From sequence record NC_027378.1: DNA of 56,776 bases; one strand, written 5' to 3'. How positions within the stretch are numbered: the first letter of the stretch is position 1; every line of letters begins with the position of its first letter. The DNA comes from Escherichia phage Seurat. Position numbers and translations under genes: made by a program. The notes under the pieces were generated by a model that saw nothing but the letters and a program-made list of their open reading frames with translations, made no database searches and was not told the origin of the DNA. This document shows, piece after piece, positions 27,983 to 36,580 of this stretch.

Positions 27983-28524
27983 TTTAATACCTCTTTAGAT
28001 TGTTCGATTTCTAACGCACGCTGTGCAGACGCAATAATGTCTTTCAAATCTTCTACCAGACCTTTATGACCGCGTTCGCCCGGCTGTAATGCCTTTTTAA
28101 TTAAATGCTGTAAAGCTGGGTTAGTTGTTTTCCAAGCTTCCAAGACATCATACACGTCCACGATGCATTTTACAACATTGCCGTTTTGATCTTTACCATA
28201 AATAACTTTCTGATATTTATTCATGGGAATTTTAGACGGTTCGTATTTCGTAAAAATTGCGGTTTTATCAGTTCTCCAATAGGGTAGATTTGCTTCAATA
28301 GATTGTTTGACGTAATCCTCCGCAACGATATACCGCCAGGCTACTACATCCGACATCTTGAGTGGTAATGGTTTGGGATTGTCTGTATACCAATCCCAAC
28401 CAGTTCTATAATTCTTAACAATATTACCGCTAGCTAATTGAACTTCAAACTGCTCGTTTTGTAGAAAGATAGGCATCCCTTTGCCATCATGCTTGTGCCA
28501 AATTTTATTCAAATTATCTTTCAT
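27979..28524 (-). CDS. hypothetical protein embedded in the 7-deazaguanine cluster
   Basis: About 181 aa from MKDNLNKIWHKH...; no recognisable motif. Confidence 0.45.
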   Translation of the reverse strand: MKDNLNKIWHKHDGKGMPIFLQNEQFEVQLASGNIVKNYRTGWDWYTDNPKPLPLKMSDVVAWRYIVAEDYVKQSIEANLPYWRTDKTAIFTKYEPSKIPMNKYQKVIYGKDQNGNVVKCIVDVYDVLEAWKTTNPALQHLIKKALQPGERGHKGLVEDLKDIIASAQRALEIEQSKEVLK

Positions 28525-28526
28525 TT

Positions 28527-29006
28527 TTACGCTCTCGCTGTACGTGAATGAACTTCGTAAACAACCCAAAGGATAGCGGATGCTGTGAACTTACTTAAGC
28601 TCATTGCTACCATTGATCCCGGATTAACAATACCTATAATACTTAAGAACACAATGGAGTCAATTGGTACAGCTACCAAAGAGCTGATAAATACGCGTTG
28701 ATGGAAAGGCTTCTTCGTAATCGTGTATACCGCATAGTCCGCGAACTCACTGAGGGCAAAAGACGCAACTGATGCAACTACAACAGCAGGATCCCCAAAT
28801 ACCCAGCTAAGGATGCAACCGACAATCATTGCAGGGATAACACCTTTGCCTGCGTTACGCTGTGCATAGTCGCGCAACACAAAGATAATACCTACAAAGA
28901 AAGCCATCATCGGGACTACGCCAAGCGGCGTGTTAAGCATTGGAAGGTAGGAAAAGCCCAGGTTTACGAATGTAATTGCAGCCAAATAAGCGACGATAAA
29001 TTTCAT
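28527..29006 (-). CDS. integral membrane protein, candidate queuosine-precursor transporter (YhhQ/DUF165-like)
   Basis: About 159 aa, several TM helices; loose resemblance to YhhQ (SEFADYAVY, FGD); RBS TGGAGAA. Confidence 0.45.
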   Translation of the reverse strand: MKFIVAYLAAITFVNLGFSYLPMLNTPLGVVPMMAFFVGIIFVLRDYAQRNAGKGVIPAMIVGCILSWVFGDPAVVVASVASFALSEFADYAVYTITKKPFHQRVFISSLVAVPIDSIVFLSIIGIVNPGSMVAMSLSKFTASAILWVVYEVHSRTARA

Positions 29007-29126
29007 ACTTTTGTTCTCCAGTTTTAACAGCGGTATTCGCTGGTTGTTGGGTTTAAAAGCTTTAGTAGTATAGTTGGGTTCCCGCACCCTAAACAATGCG
29101 CTAGCGGTGCGGTTTTCGCGGTAAGA

Positions 29127-29834
29127 TCAAGCTTTGCTAATAAATTCGCTGTACCCTTTAGCACGAAGTTTGCACGCAGGACATTCACCGCAGCCATATC
29201 CCCAGTCATGCAGAGTGCGACGGACGCCGTTATAACACGTATGGGACTGCTCAATTACTGTGGTTAAGAAGCCAACCTTATCCGCCAGCTCAAACGTTTC
29301 TGCTTTATTTAAACGCATAAGCGGGGTAACGAAATGAATATCTGTTTCATATCCAACGTTTAACGTAGCTTCAAGCAAATCTACAAACTGCTGACGGCAA
29401 TCCGGATAACCGCTATAGTCCGTTTCGCAAACGCCCGTAACCACATATCGGGCGCCAACTTTCTGCGCGTAGGCGTGCGCGGTAGTCAGAAAAAGAGCAT
29501 TACGGTTTGGCACAAAGCTAGCCGGAAGGTTGTTGTGCTGTTCGTGATGTTCGTTAACATCACCTTCGTTCCCGATTAAAGCGCTATTGCCAATCTGTTT
29601 CAAAGCAGGTAATTCAAAGACAACAAATTGGACATCGTGCTCTTTACAAATCTGATTAGCACAAGCCAGCTCAATGTTATGACGTTGACCGTATGCAAAA
29701 CCAATAGCGTAAACCTTATCATAGTTATTAAGTGCAAGACCTAAACAGGTCACGCTGTCCTGGCCGCCAGACAGGACGACAACGGCGGAGTTATGATTTT
29801 TTACAGGGAATACCAGTTTATCTAATTTATTCAT
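29127..29834 (-). CDS. queC: 7-cyano-7-deazaguanine synthase
   Basis: PP-loop VVLSGGQDSVTC; C-terminal Cys cluster CYNG...GYGCGECPACKLR; stand-alone, no amidotransferase domain. Confidence 0.85.
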   Translation of the reverse strand: MNKLDKLVFPVKNHNSAVVVLSGGQDSVTCLGLALNNYDKVYAIGFAYGQRHNIELACANQICKEHDVQFVVFELPALKQIGNSALIGNEGDVNEHHEQHNNLPASFVPNRNALFLTTAHAYAQKVGARYVVTGVCETDYSGYPDCRQQFVDLLEATLNVGYETDIHFVTPLMRLNKAETFELADKVGFLTTVIEQSHTCYNGVRRTLHDWGYGCGECPACKLRAKGYSEFISKA

Positions 29835-29835
29835 C

Positions 29836-30024
29836 TTAGAACCCTTTAAGGCTAATATTAAGATTAACGACCACTTGTTCAACTACATCATCAGATGTCA
29901 TCTGACGCTTATGAATTTCAAGCTCCGAATGTATGTTCTTGGATGCAGCACGACAGATAGCGTCATTCAGCTCGTCTTGTAAACGTTGCATCTTCTGCAT
30001 AAGAATCACAGTCTCTTCATTCAT
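29836..30024 (-). CDS. hypothetical small protein
   Basis: 62 aa, helical, charged. Confidence 0.4.
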   Translation of the reverse strand: MNEETVILMQKMQRLQDELNDAICRAASKNIHSELEIHKRQMTSDDVVEQVVVNLNISLKGF

Positions 30025-30229
30025 CTTCTACACCTTTAATATCACAAGGATTGATTGTTACATTTGACATCACAATTGGATGATTGCGTGCTCCGATTGT
30101 ACTAACGTGATTAATATCTAATTCTACATGCACGCCCTGCATAGTAGCGTGAGCAATTGAAGAATTAAGTTTTTCTACCAGCTCAGTGATCATTTCCTGA
30201 TGCTGTTTCGCTTCTTCCAAAGTGATCAT
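30017..30229 (-). CDS. hypothetical small protein
   Basis: 70 aa. Confidence 0.4.
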   Translation of the reverse strand: MITLEEAKQHQEMITELVEKLNSSIAHATMQGVHVELDINHVSTIGARNHPIVMSNVTINPCDIKGVEDE

Positions 30230-30484
30230 TTAAACCTCCGTTAATGTTTGAGTCCAGTCTAAGCCTTCAAGGTCTACATCAGCTATTTCATCGTACTCGT
30301 AAGCTCCCGGATCTGCTGGCAGCCATCTATCAAATCGATGGCTGAGTTCTGGAGGAATTGCTTCATACCCCCAAACCTTCCCATCCTTGTCGGCTGCCAG
30401 ATAATCAACTCGACTTGGAACGGTTAAAGCGACACCACAAAAATTAACATCTTTAGTATGCACAACCTGACTTAATACACGCAT
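30230..30484 (-). CDS. small acidic protein, member of a three-copy paralogous family
   Basis: VPSRVDYLAADKDGKVWGYEAIPP...GLDWTQTLTEV shares motifs with the 51099 and 51682 proteins. Confidence 0.5.
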   Translation of the reverse strand: MRVLSQVVHTKDVNFCGVALTVPSRVDYLAADKDGKVWGYEAIPPELSHRFDRWLPADPGAYEYDEIADVDLEGLDWTQTLTEV

Positions 30485-31191
30485 TATTCCACCCCGATAT
30501 ATTTGTGGACCTGAAGCTGCAACGTGTACCCGTGTTTCATACAGCTTTGGACAACCGCTTGGATATTACTGTGGTTAAGGTCTTCATCCTGCTCGTCCAT
30601 TGGCTGTAAATATATCTTACCCTTGAAACCCTTCGGAGGTCTAGCGATAAATGGCGTAGCTTGATGATCTAATGCCTGAAGCGGCAAACCATCTTCCACG
30701 TTTACACAGCACGCTTTAAGTACATATTTAAATGCATTAGCGCGGCGCAGCACAGAAGGATGAATCTTTGAGGTCTTGGGACTACATACAATTACAGGTA
30801 ACTGGGAAAAGTTCTTAGGTAAAGGCATAGACCCATTAGTTTCAATTTGCACCAAATAGCCGCGCGATAACAGTTGTTCAATAAACGGGTTAATTTGCTG
30901 ACGGAACGGTTCACCCCCAGTGATAACCACAAGTGAGGTGCTATTACCTGATTCCAGCTTACGGCTTTCGATTAAACGCATAATATCAACAATATGATAA
31001 AGACTACGACCAACAGTATAATCGGTATCACAGCCAGGGCATTGCAGATTACACCCAGCAAGACGCACAAATACAGCAGGTTGGCCGCAGAATGGACCTT
31101 CACCCTGAATGGTAGAGAATACCGAATGCACGTCTAAATACATATCGTTTTCTTTAGAACGGGACTCGGGAGCTTGTTGATTAATATTCAT
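30484..31191 (-). CDS. queE: 7-carboxy-7-deazaguanine synthase (radical SAM)
   Basis: CNLQCPGCDTDY cluster-binding motif near the N-terminus; 235 aa. Confidence 0.85.
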   Translation of the reverse strand: MNINQQAPESRSKENDMYLDVHSVFSTIQGEGPFCGQPAVFVRLAGCNLQCPGCDTDYTVGRSLYHIVDIMRLIESRKLESGNSTSLVVITGGEPFRQQINPFIEQLLSRGYLVQIETNGSMPLPKNFSQLPVIVCSPKTSKIHPSVLRRANAFKYVLKACCVNVEDGLPLQALDHQATPFIARPPKGFKGKIYLQPMDEQDEDLNHSNIQAVVQSCMKHGYTLQLQVHKYIGVE

Positions 31192-31202
31192 CTTAAATCC
31201 TC

Positions 31203-31235
31203 TAGTGAAAAAGAAAGCGCCTCATTGGGCGCTTT
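31203..31235 (-). terminator. intrinsic terminator
   Basis: AAAGCGCC-caatga-GGCGCTTT followed by CTTTTTC on the minus strand. Confidence 0.55.
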
Positions 31236-31260
31236 CATTATAACGTGATATGTTTTGATA

Positions 31261-32073
31261 TTACAAGCCGTTCAGGGCTTCCGGTACTGGCATAGGTACG
31301 CGACCAGTTACACCATTAAACTTCTTCCAACGTGCATACTGAGTTTTAACGGTATCTTCGTTCAGACCGTGGCGACCTGCCAGATTCAGAACATAAGAGA
31401 TCGGAGCAGGCTGACCCAGCGTAGCGCTAATCTGATCCATCAGAGCCCAGGCACGACCGCAGGAAGTTTCAGGTTGCGGACGACGAACACCATTCTGTTC
31501 GGGCATACGGTTCGCTTCTTTCGCTTTTTCACGTTCAGCTTTTTCGCGGGCTTTTTCAGCAGCCTTTTCAGCCTGTTTAGCAGCGCGGATCTTGTCTTTG
31601 AAGCCTTTGATAGACGAATCCAGTTCGTCAACCATGCTCTGAGCAGCAGTTACTGCACCGGACAGATCTTCACCTTTGGATTTTTTAACAACTGCTTTCA
31701 GATCTTTCAGAGCATTCTTTAAATGCTTCAGCTGTTCGGAACCCTTAGATTCTGCTTCCGTAATCTGTTCAACAGTGCTTTCATCGGTAATACCGGATAA
31801 AGCAAGCTTCACGGTTTCAACTGCCTGGGAAAGAGTGGTAAATTTATTTTCCGCTTCAGTACGAATTTCAGCTTGTTTCTTTTCAGCGGCAGCTTTTTTC
31901 TCTGCTTCTTTTTTCTCTTTTGCTACGCGTGCAGCTTCAGCAGCAGCGGCTTTTTTAGCTTCTGCGTCGTTAGCAGTAGCTTCTTTCTTTGCAGGCTTAG
32001 CAGATTTTGCAGCGGCAGCAGCGGCTGCGGCAGCAGCGGCTTTCTTATCTTCAATATTACTCATTTTCTTCAC
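31261..32073 (-). CDS. Lys/Ala-rich histone H1-like protein with a C-terminal globular, possibly DNA-binding, domain
   Basis: N-terminal KKAAAAAAAAAAAKSAKPAKKE... low-complexity tract; C-terminal WALMDQISATLGQPAPISYVLNLAGRHGL. Confidence 0.5.
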   Translation of the reverse strand: MKKMSNIEDKKAAAAAAAAAAAKSAKPAKKEATANDAEAKKAAAAEAARVAKEKKEAEKKAAAEKKQAEIRTEAENKFTTLSQAVETVKLALSGITDESTVEQITEAESKGSEQLKHLKNALKDLKAVVKKSKGEDLSGAVTAAQSMVDELDSSIKGFKDKIRAAKQAEKAAEKAREKAEREKAKEANRMPEQNGVRRPQPETSCGRAWALMDQISATLGQPAPISYVLNLAGRHGLNEDTVKTQYARWKKFNGVTGRVPMPVPEALNGL

Positions 32074-32192
32074 TCCGAATTATTATGGGTTCGTTTGTTA
32101 CCAACGGGGTTAAATGTACCAAAGGATTTTGTGACACGCAACCCCTTACATAAACATTTTTTAAAAATATTTTTGATCAGGGTTAGAACTTA

Positions 32193-32687
32193 TTAGCTCT
32201 TCGCACCTCTGCCCGGTGTCCATGCGGCTTGCAATGCGGGTCGCTCACAAATGACCCTGGCACCGGAAATAATACCACCCTCCCGTTCAGCATCGTATTT
32301 GACACGGGCAGGTTTCCAAAGTCCTTCATCCATTGACGGTACGTATTGTCCAAGTTGAGGCGAGCAAAAGCCCTGGATATCATATTCCACACAGAATTCG
32401 GCTTGTGCGCTAATTTGGGCGTGATCCAGGATTGTTTCTGGAAGTTGCGTAAAGTAATCAGACAAAATGCGCTCAACGATTTCCCGTTCATATGGTGCAG
32501 CTCCTAAGTTTTCTGTCAGGTTAATATAAAGCATTTGAAGATCAACATCTTCAAGATCTTTTAAATCGTTTACCGGTGTTACCAGTGTTGACTCTGGACA
32601 ACAGATAATTCCAAGTTGGTGTAGTGTCAACCAATTGGGATGTTTTGCCAAGAGTTCAAATTTATCTGTATCAATTAGGACGTACAT
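32193..32687 (-). CDS. hypothetical protein
   Basis: 164 aa. Confidence 0.4.
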   Translation of the reverse strand: MYVLIDTDKFELLAKHPNWLTLHQLGIICCPESTLVTPVNDLKDLEDVDLQMLYINLTENLGAAPYEREIVERILSDYFTQLPETILDHAQISAQAEFCVEYDIQGFCSPQLGQYVPSMDEGLWKPARVKYDAEREGGIISGARVICERPALQAAWTPGRGAKS

Positions 32688-32696
32688 TGCAATCCC

Positions 32697-32731
32697 CTAT
32701 AAATAAGTAATGCCCCAATAGTAGGGGCATT
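32697..32731 (-). terminator. hairpin, terminator-like, after the helicase gene
   Basis: AATGCCCC-tactatt-GGGGCATT followed by ACTTATTTATA on the minus strand. Confidence 0.4.
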
Positions 32732-32746
32732 AGATGTTGAAGTCAA

Positions 32747-34723
32747 TTAGAACGGAACGTAATCCGGATCATCTGCTTGCACAGGATTAACCACATTGTT
32801 CACTGTTATACCTTGCGTATTCTGCGAAACAATATCGTCCCAGCTTACATCATCGTTATAGCTCGGACCTTCGGTTGTTCCATCCTGCCCGTATACTTTA
32901 ACCTGAATAGCTTGGTCGTCCTGCGGAGCTTCAAACTTACCGAAACACGTACCATCATAATCATAGTTCAATATCTCAGGCCATTTCTTATTGGTATGAA
33001 CTTTGATGTATTTTGGTGTTTTAAGCATTGCAGCAACATCAAGAGCTTCTTCAATAGTTTGTGGTAAAGGTAAATGTGTCCTTTTCTTCCACCATGCGAC
33101 AGCTTTACGACCTGCCCAGTCCCCATGAAGCAGAGCTACCCATTCACTGAATATTTTACTACCGCAATAATAAGTCACCTTCATTGTTGGAGGTTTAGAG
33201 CTGTCATTGCGTTTAGTATGCTTTGCATAAGTAACATGCGTAACTTTGAAGTCTTCAACTACTGGAATATCCTGCTTGATCAGGGCTTCCGTACTTGCAG
33301 CTTTCTTGAGTTTGGTCTGGAACTTAAACTCATGACCGCAAAAGCCTTCTTTAACGTAATCCGTCCCGCGTAGCCTAAATCCTTTCAGATATAATTGTTG
33401 AACTTGTTCCTGTGTGACGCTGTCCATTGGGATTGGTGCGAAGCCACCGCAATAGCGAGCAGATGCATGATTATACGACCCACATACATCGCATTCTTTA
33501 ACCGGAGCAGTACCAGCACCTTTTTCGCCAGGTCGCTTGGGTTTAACAGGGTCGTTAATAGGGCCCAAACGGCGCGTATTACCGCTGAAATCCAGTACAA
33601 GGCAGTTCTGCTTGGGGCTTGCTGCAATAGCTTGTAAGCGCCCCTCCTGCGTGGAAAGATCAAACCCCTCCGCGTACACCGGACGCGTACCGCGACCCAG
33701 CATCTGGACCCATAGCACCGCCGATGCAGTGGGGCGGAGCATGATAATTAAGTCCAGCATTGGATGATCAAAACCTGTGGTTAAGACGTTATTGTTAGTT
33801 AATGCTCGAAATTCACCGCGCTTAAACTTCTCAATAATCTCGTCACGTTCTTTTGCATCAAGCTTAGAGTGAATACATCCACAGCTAATACCCATATCGT
33901 TCAGCATATCACACGCGTCTTTAGCGTGTTCAATACCAGAACAAAATATAAGCCAGCTTTGACGGTCTTCACCACATTCAATCGCTTCCTCAAGTGCGCG
34001 GAGTGTTGCGTCATCGCGGTTTACCGCACTTTGCAGCTCACTCTGGATAAACTCACCGCCGCGTTTACCTACCCCGTTGAGGTCCAGCTCCATCTTAGTA
34101 CGCTTTGGCACAACCGGAAGAAGATAACCTTGCTCCAGGAACCAGTTGAAGGCTTCCGGAGTAGTTGCATCAAACGTCACCTTATCAAATAACGCATCAT
34201 CGTCTTCGTTTTCCTTAACAATTGAACCATACCCCAGTCGATAAGGTGTAGCAGTAAGGCCGATGATTTTTAAGTAAGGGTTAACTTCACGCAAAGCTGC
34301 AAAGAACTTCTTATACATTGTTGCATCACGTGGACTAATAAGATGCGCTTCGTCCACAAAAATAAGATCAACTTTGCCGAACTTTTTCGGATGCTTAGCA
34401 ACGGACGCAACTCCTGCAAAGGTAATAAGATTGTAGACTTCTTTACGCTTCAAACCCGCGCTGTAAATACCTGCTGGCGCTTCGGGCCAGACTTTCATTA
34501 ATTTATCATAGTTTTGTGCAATTAACTCTTTGACGTGAGTTAACATCATTACGCGCTGGTTTGGATACCATTTGTAAAGCAGATCGAGGAACCCCGCGAT
34601 AACGAGCGATTTTCCTGTCCCTGTTGGTAACAGGATCAAAGGGTTCCCCGCGTTACCCTTTTCAGCATCAAAATAGCGGAATACGCTATAAACTGCTTCC
34701 TGTTGATAATCGCGGAGTTGCAT
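32747..34723 (-). CDS. SF2 DEAD/DEAH-box DNA helicase with C-terminal zinc-ribbon region
   Basis: LRDYQ; Walker A LLPTGTGKSLV; DEAH box IFVDEAHLIS; motif VI GRGTRP; CDVCGSYNHASARYCGG. Confidence 0.8.
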   Translation of the reverse strand: MQLRDYQQEAVYSVFRYFDAEKGNAGNPLILLPTGTGKSLVIAGFLDLLYKWYPNQRVMMLTHVKELIAQNYDKLMKVWPEAPAGIYSAGLKRKEVYNLITFAGVASVAKHPKKFGKVDLIFVDEAHLISPRDATMYKKFFAALREVNPYLKIIGLTATPYRLGYGSIVKENEDDDALFDKVTFDATTPEAFNWFLEQGYLLPVVPKRTKMELDLNGVGKRGGEFIQSELQSAVNRDDATLRALEEAIECGEDRQSWLIFCSGIEHAKDACDMLNDMGISCGCIHSKLDAKERDEIIEKFKRGEFRALTNNNVLTTGFDHPMLDLIIMLRPTASAVLWVQMLGRGTRPVYAEGFDLSTQEGRLQAIAASPKQNCLVLDFSGNTRRLGPINDPVKPKRPGEKGAGTAPVKECDVCGSYNHASARYCGGFAPIPMDSVTQEQVQQLYLKGFRLRGTDYVKEGFCGHEFKFQTKLKKAASTEALIKQDIPVVEDFKVTHVTYAKHTKRNDSSKPPTMKVTYYCGSKIFSEWVALLHGDWAGRKAVAWWKKRTHLPLPQTIEEALDVAAMLKTPKYIKVHTNKKWPEILNYDYDGTCFGKFEAPQDDQAIQVKVYGQDGTTEGPSYNDDVSWDDIVSQNTQGITVNNVVNPVQADDPDYVPF

Positions 34724-34724
34724 A

Positions 34725-35633
34725 TCAATCTTTCCCGTAATAATTAGCTACTTGATAGTTTTGACAACCAACTTTCTGTCCTTGCGTATCCACTGAGGCG
34801 GAATGGAAATTGCAATACCATGTTCCATCTTCTTTTGGCTCAAGGAATTGACATGTGCGGCAGTTTACTTCCGGCATAGTTTTACGCCAGCATAGTGAGG
34901 AGTGATCGCACCATTTACATTCGAAGAAAGTGGAATCTTTAAATGCGCGGTCCGGAATATCTGTAGCAATAGCAATCTGCACACCACGATCAATATACAT
35001 GTCCGCGGTAACAGGATCAAACGGAATAATTTCTGCGTAAACTTCATCGTCATTCTTGTTTACTGCAAGATATAACGCTGCGCCAAGACCTAGTTTTCGC
35101 ATGTACACGTTCATCTGTACATAGTGCTCAGGTTTAGCTTCTTTGACACCTTTAGCTTTCAGCTTTTTAAAAGACTTATCGTTATGCGTCTTCATTTCGG
35201 TAAGCACAGGCATCCCAGGCTGCACGTCCGGACAACCTATAACCACACCATCACAGGAACCGCCAAAGTGTCCGCCAGCTTCGCTGATACGGAACTGGTG
35301 TCCATTTTCGTCCTGCTGATAGACCTGCATACCTGCCGCAAGAAGCATAGCAATGAAACGCGCTTCTTCCAGATGTCCACGGTTAAACAGTCGAAGCTGG
35401 CGTCCGTCAAACTCTTTGCGTGTAGCCCAGCGATATCCATAGAAAAGCTTGCGTGCGCACTGTTGCCCAATAAGGGAAGCGCCTAAGTGACTGCGGTTAC
35501 CGCTTTCAGGGCGATAAGCGTCTTCAATTGTGGGAATGACTACGCCAAGATACTTACGGTAAGTCCCACCCTGATCTTTTTGCACACCGTCATTGATCGC
35601 TTGAAGTGTTTTTTCTGCAATATAAATAGCCAT
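34725..35633 (-). CDS. PD-(D/E)xK nuclease (Cas4/RecB-like exonuclease) with C-terminal Cys cluster
   Basis: D...EMK signature (SCDGVVIG...LTEMKTH); C-terminal CKWCDHSSLCW...CRTC...C. Confidence 0.55.
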   Translation of the reverse strand: MAIYIAEKTLQAINDGVQKDQGGTYRKYLGVVIPTIEDAYRPESGNRSHLGASLIGQQCARKLFYGYRWATRKEFDGRQLRLFNRGHLEEARFIAMLLAAGMQVYQQDENGHQFRISEAGGHFGGSCDGVVIGCPDVQPGMPVLTEMKTHNDKSFKKLKAKGVKEAKPEHYVQMNVYMRKLGLGAALYLAVNKNDDEVYAEIIPFDPVTADMYIDRGVQIAIATDIPDRAFKDSTFFECKWCDHSSLCWRKTMPEVNCRTCQFLEPKEDGTWYCNFHSASVDTQGQKVGCQNYQVANYYGKD

Positions 35634-35641
35634 TGGAATAC

Positions 35642-35672
35642 CTTAGAAAAATAAGCCGTCTTTCGACGGCTT
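35642..35672 (-). terminator. intrinsic terminator
   Basis: AAGCCGTC-gaaa-GACGGCTT followed by ATTTTTCT on the minus strand. Confidence 0.55.
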
Positions 35673-35698
35673 ATGGACACTACAGAGGGAGGGTTATC

Positions 35699-36580
35699 TT
35701 ACTGCTGCCACGGCGGGACTGCTGCTTGTGCTGGATGCGGTTCAGCTTGCTGCTGCGGCTGAGCTTGCTGCTGAGGCGCTGCTGCCTGACCCGGCTGTGC
35801 TACCTGCTGCGCCCACGGCTGCTGAGCTGCTTCCGGTGCTACTGGCTGTTGTACCGGAGCTTGCTGCACTGGCTGCTGTGGTGCTGCGTTTTGAGCAGGA
35901 TTATCCCACGGCTGCGGTGCTGCGTTCTGCCACGGTTGAGCTGCTGCGCCCTGCTGCGGTGCTGGTTGCTGCACAGGTTGCTGAACAGGCTGCTGTTGCT
36001 GTACCGGAGCTTGCTGCTGTACAGGTGCTTGCTGTTGCTGAGCAAACGGGTTAGCTGCTGGCTGCTGTGGCGCTGCGCCCGGGAAAGTTGGCTGCTGTGC
36101 TGGCGCACCTGCACCAAACGGGTTAGCTACTGCTGGAGCACCCATTGATGGAGCCTCTGCTGCTTTTTCTGCATATTTAACCGGATCGTTGATGTTAGCG
36201 TAACCGTTAGGCTCGTTGCTGTCTTCATAACCTTCCTGAGAACGAACTTTCAGACGCAGGTTCAGCGGAATGTTATGCAGCTGAGCAGGGGTATCCCAGC
36301 GAATTACACCAACCGCATGGGACAGAGCACCCAGTTGCTCGTAAGCGATGCGTACAGTATCTTCGTTGTCGTTAATGACGTTATAACGAGCAAAGATTTT
36401 ACGCCCTTTAGCAAAACCGTCAATGATGCTAAACGTTACCTGGATCGCCATACCGCCATTTTTGGTCGGTTTAAATTCAGATGCTTCAATTACTGCTTTA
36501 TACCAACCTTTCGGCAATGCGCCGTAAGAAGGTGCTTGATAGCTGCTCGCGTCAAAGTGGAAATTAGTTGGCATAGTCAT
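35699..36580 (-). CDS. putative ssDNA-binding protein with a Gln/Pro/Ala-rich disordered C-terminal tail
   Basis: Globular N-terminal about 150 aa, then about 140 aa of QQPVQQ/APQQ repeats; adjacent to the Sak4-like ATPase. Confidence 0.45.
   Translation of the reverse strand: MTMPTNFHFDASSYQAPSYGALPKGWYKAVIEASEFKPTKNGGMAIQVTFSIIDGFAKGRKIFARYNVINDNEDTVRIAYEQLGALSHAVGVIRWDTPAQLHNIPLNLRLKVRSQEGYEDSNEPNGYANINDPVKYAEKAAEAPSMGAPAVANPFGAGAPAQQPTFPGAAPQQPAANPFAQQQQAPVQQQAPVQQQQPVQQPVQQPAPQQGAAAQPWQNAAPQPWDNPAQNAAPQQPVQQAPVQQPVAPEAAQQPWAQQVAQPGQAAAPQQQAQPQQQAEPHPAQAAVPPWQQ
35700..36130. repeat. CAG/CTG-rich low-complexity coding repeat tract
   Basis: Repeated GCTGCTG/CTGCTGC units encoding the Q/P/A-rich tail; generates spurious ORFs in several frames. 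Confidence 0.7.

Noticed and set aside
31676-32196. Plus-strand ORFs 31676-32113 and 31873-32196 antisense to the Lys/Ala-rich gene
   Set aside because: Artefacts of the GCN-repeat DNA (poly-Ala/Ser/Phe translations); no independent support.
35633-36148. Plus-strand ORFs over the Q/P-rich repeat (35633-36148, 35728-36054) and minus ORF 35839-36117
   Set aside because: Products are Leu/Cys/Arg or Ala/Leu low-complexity strings generated by CTG/CAG repeats read in other frames.
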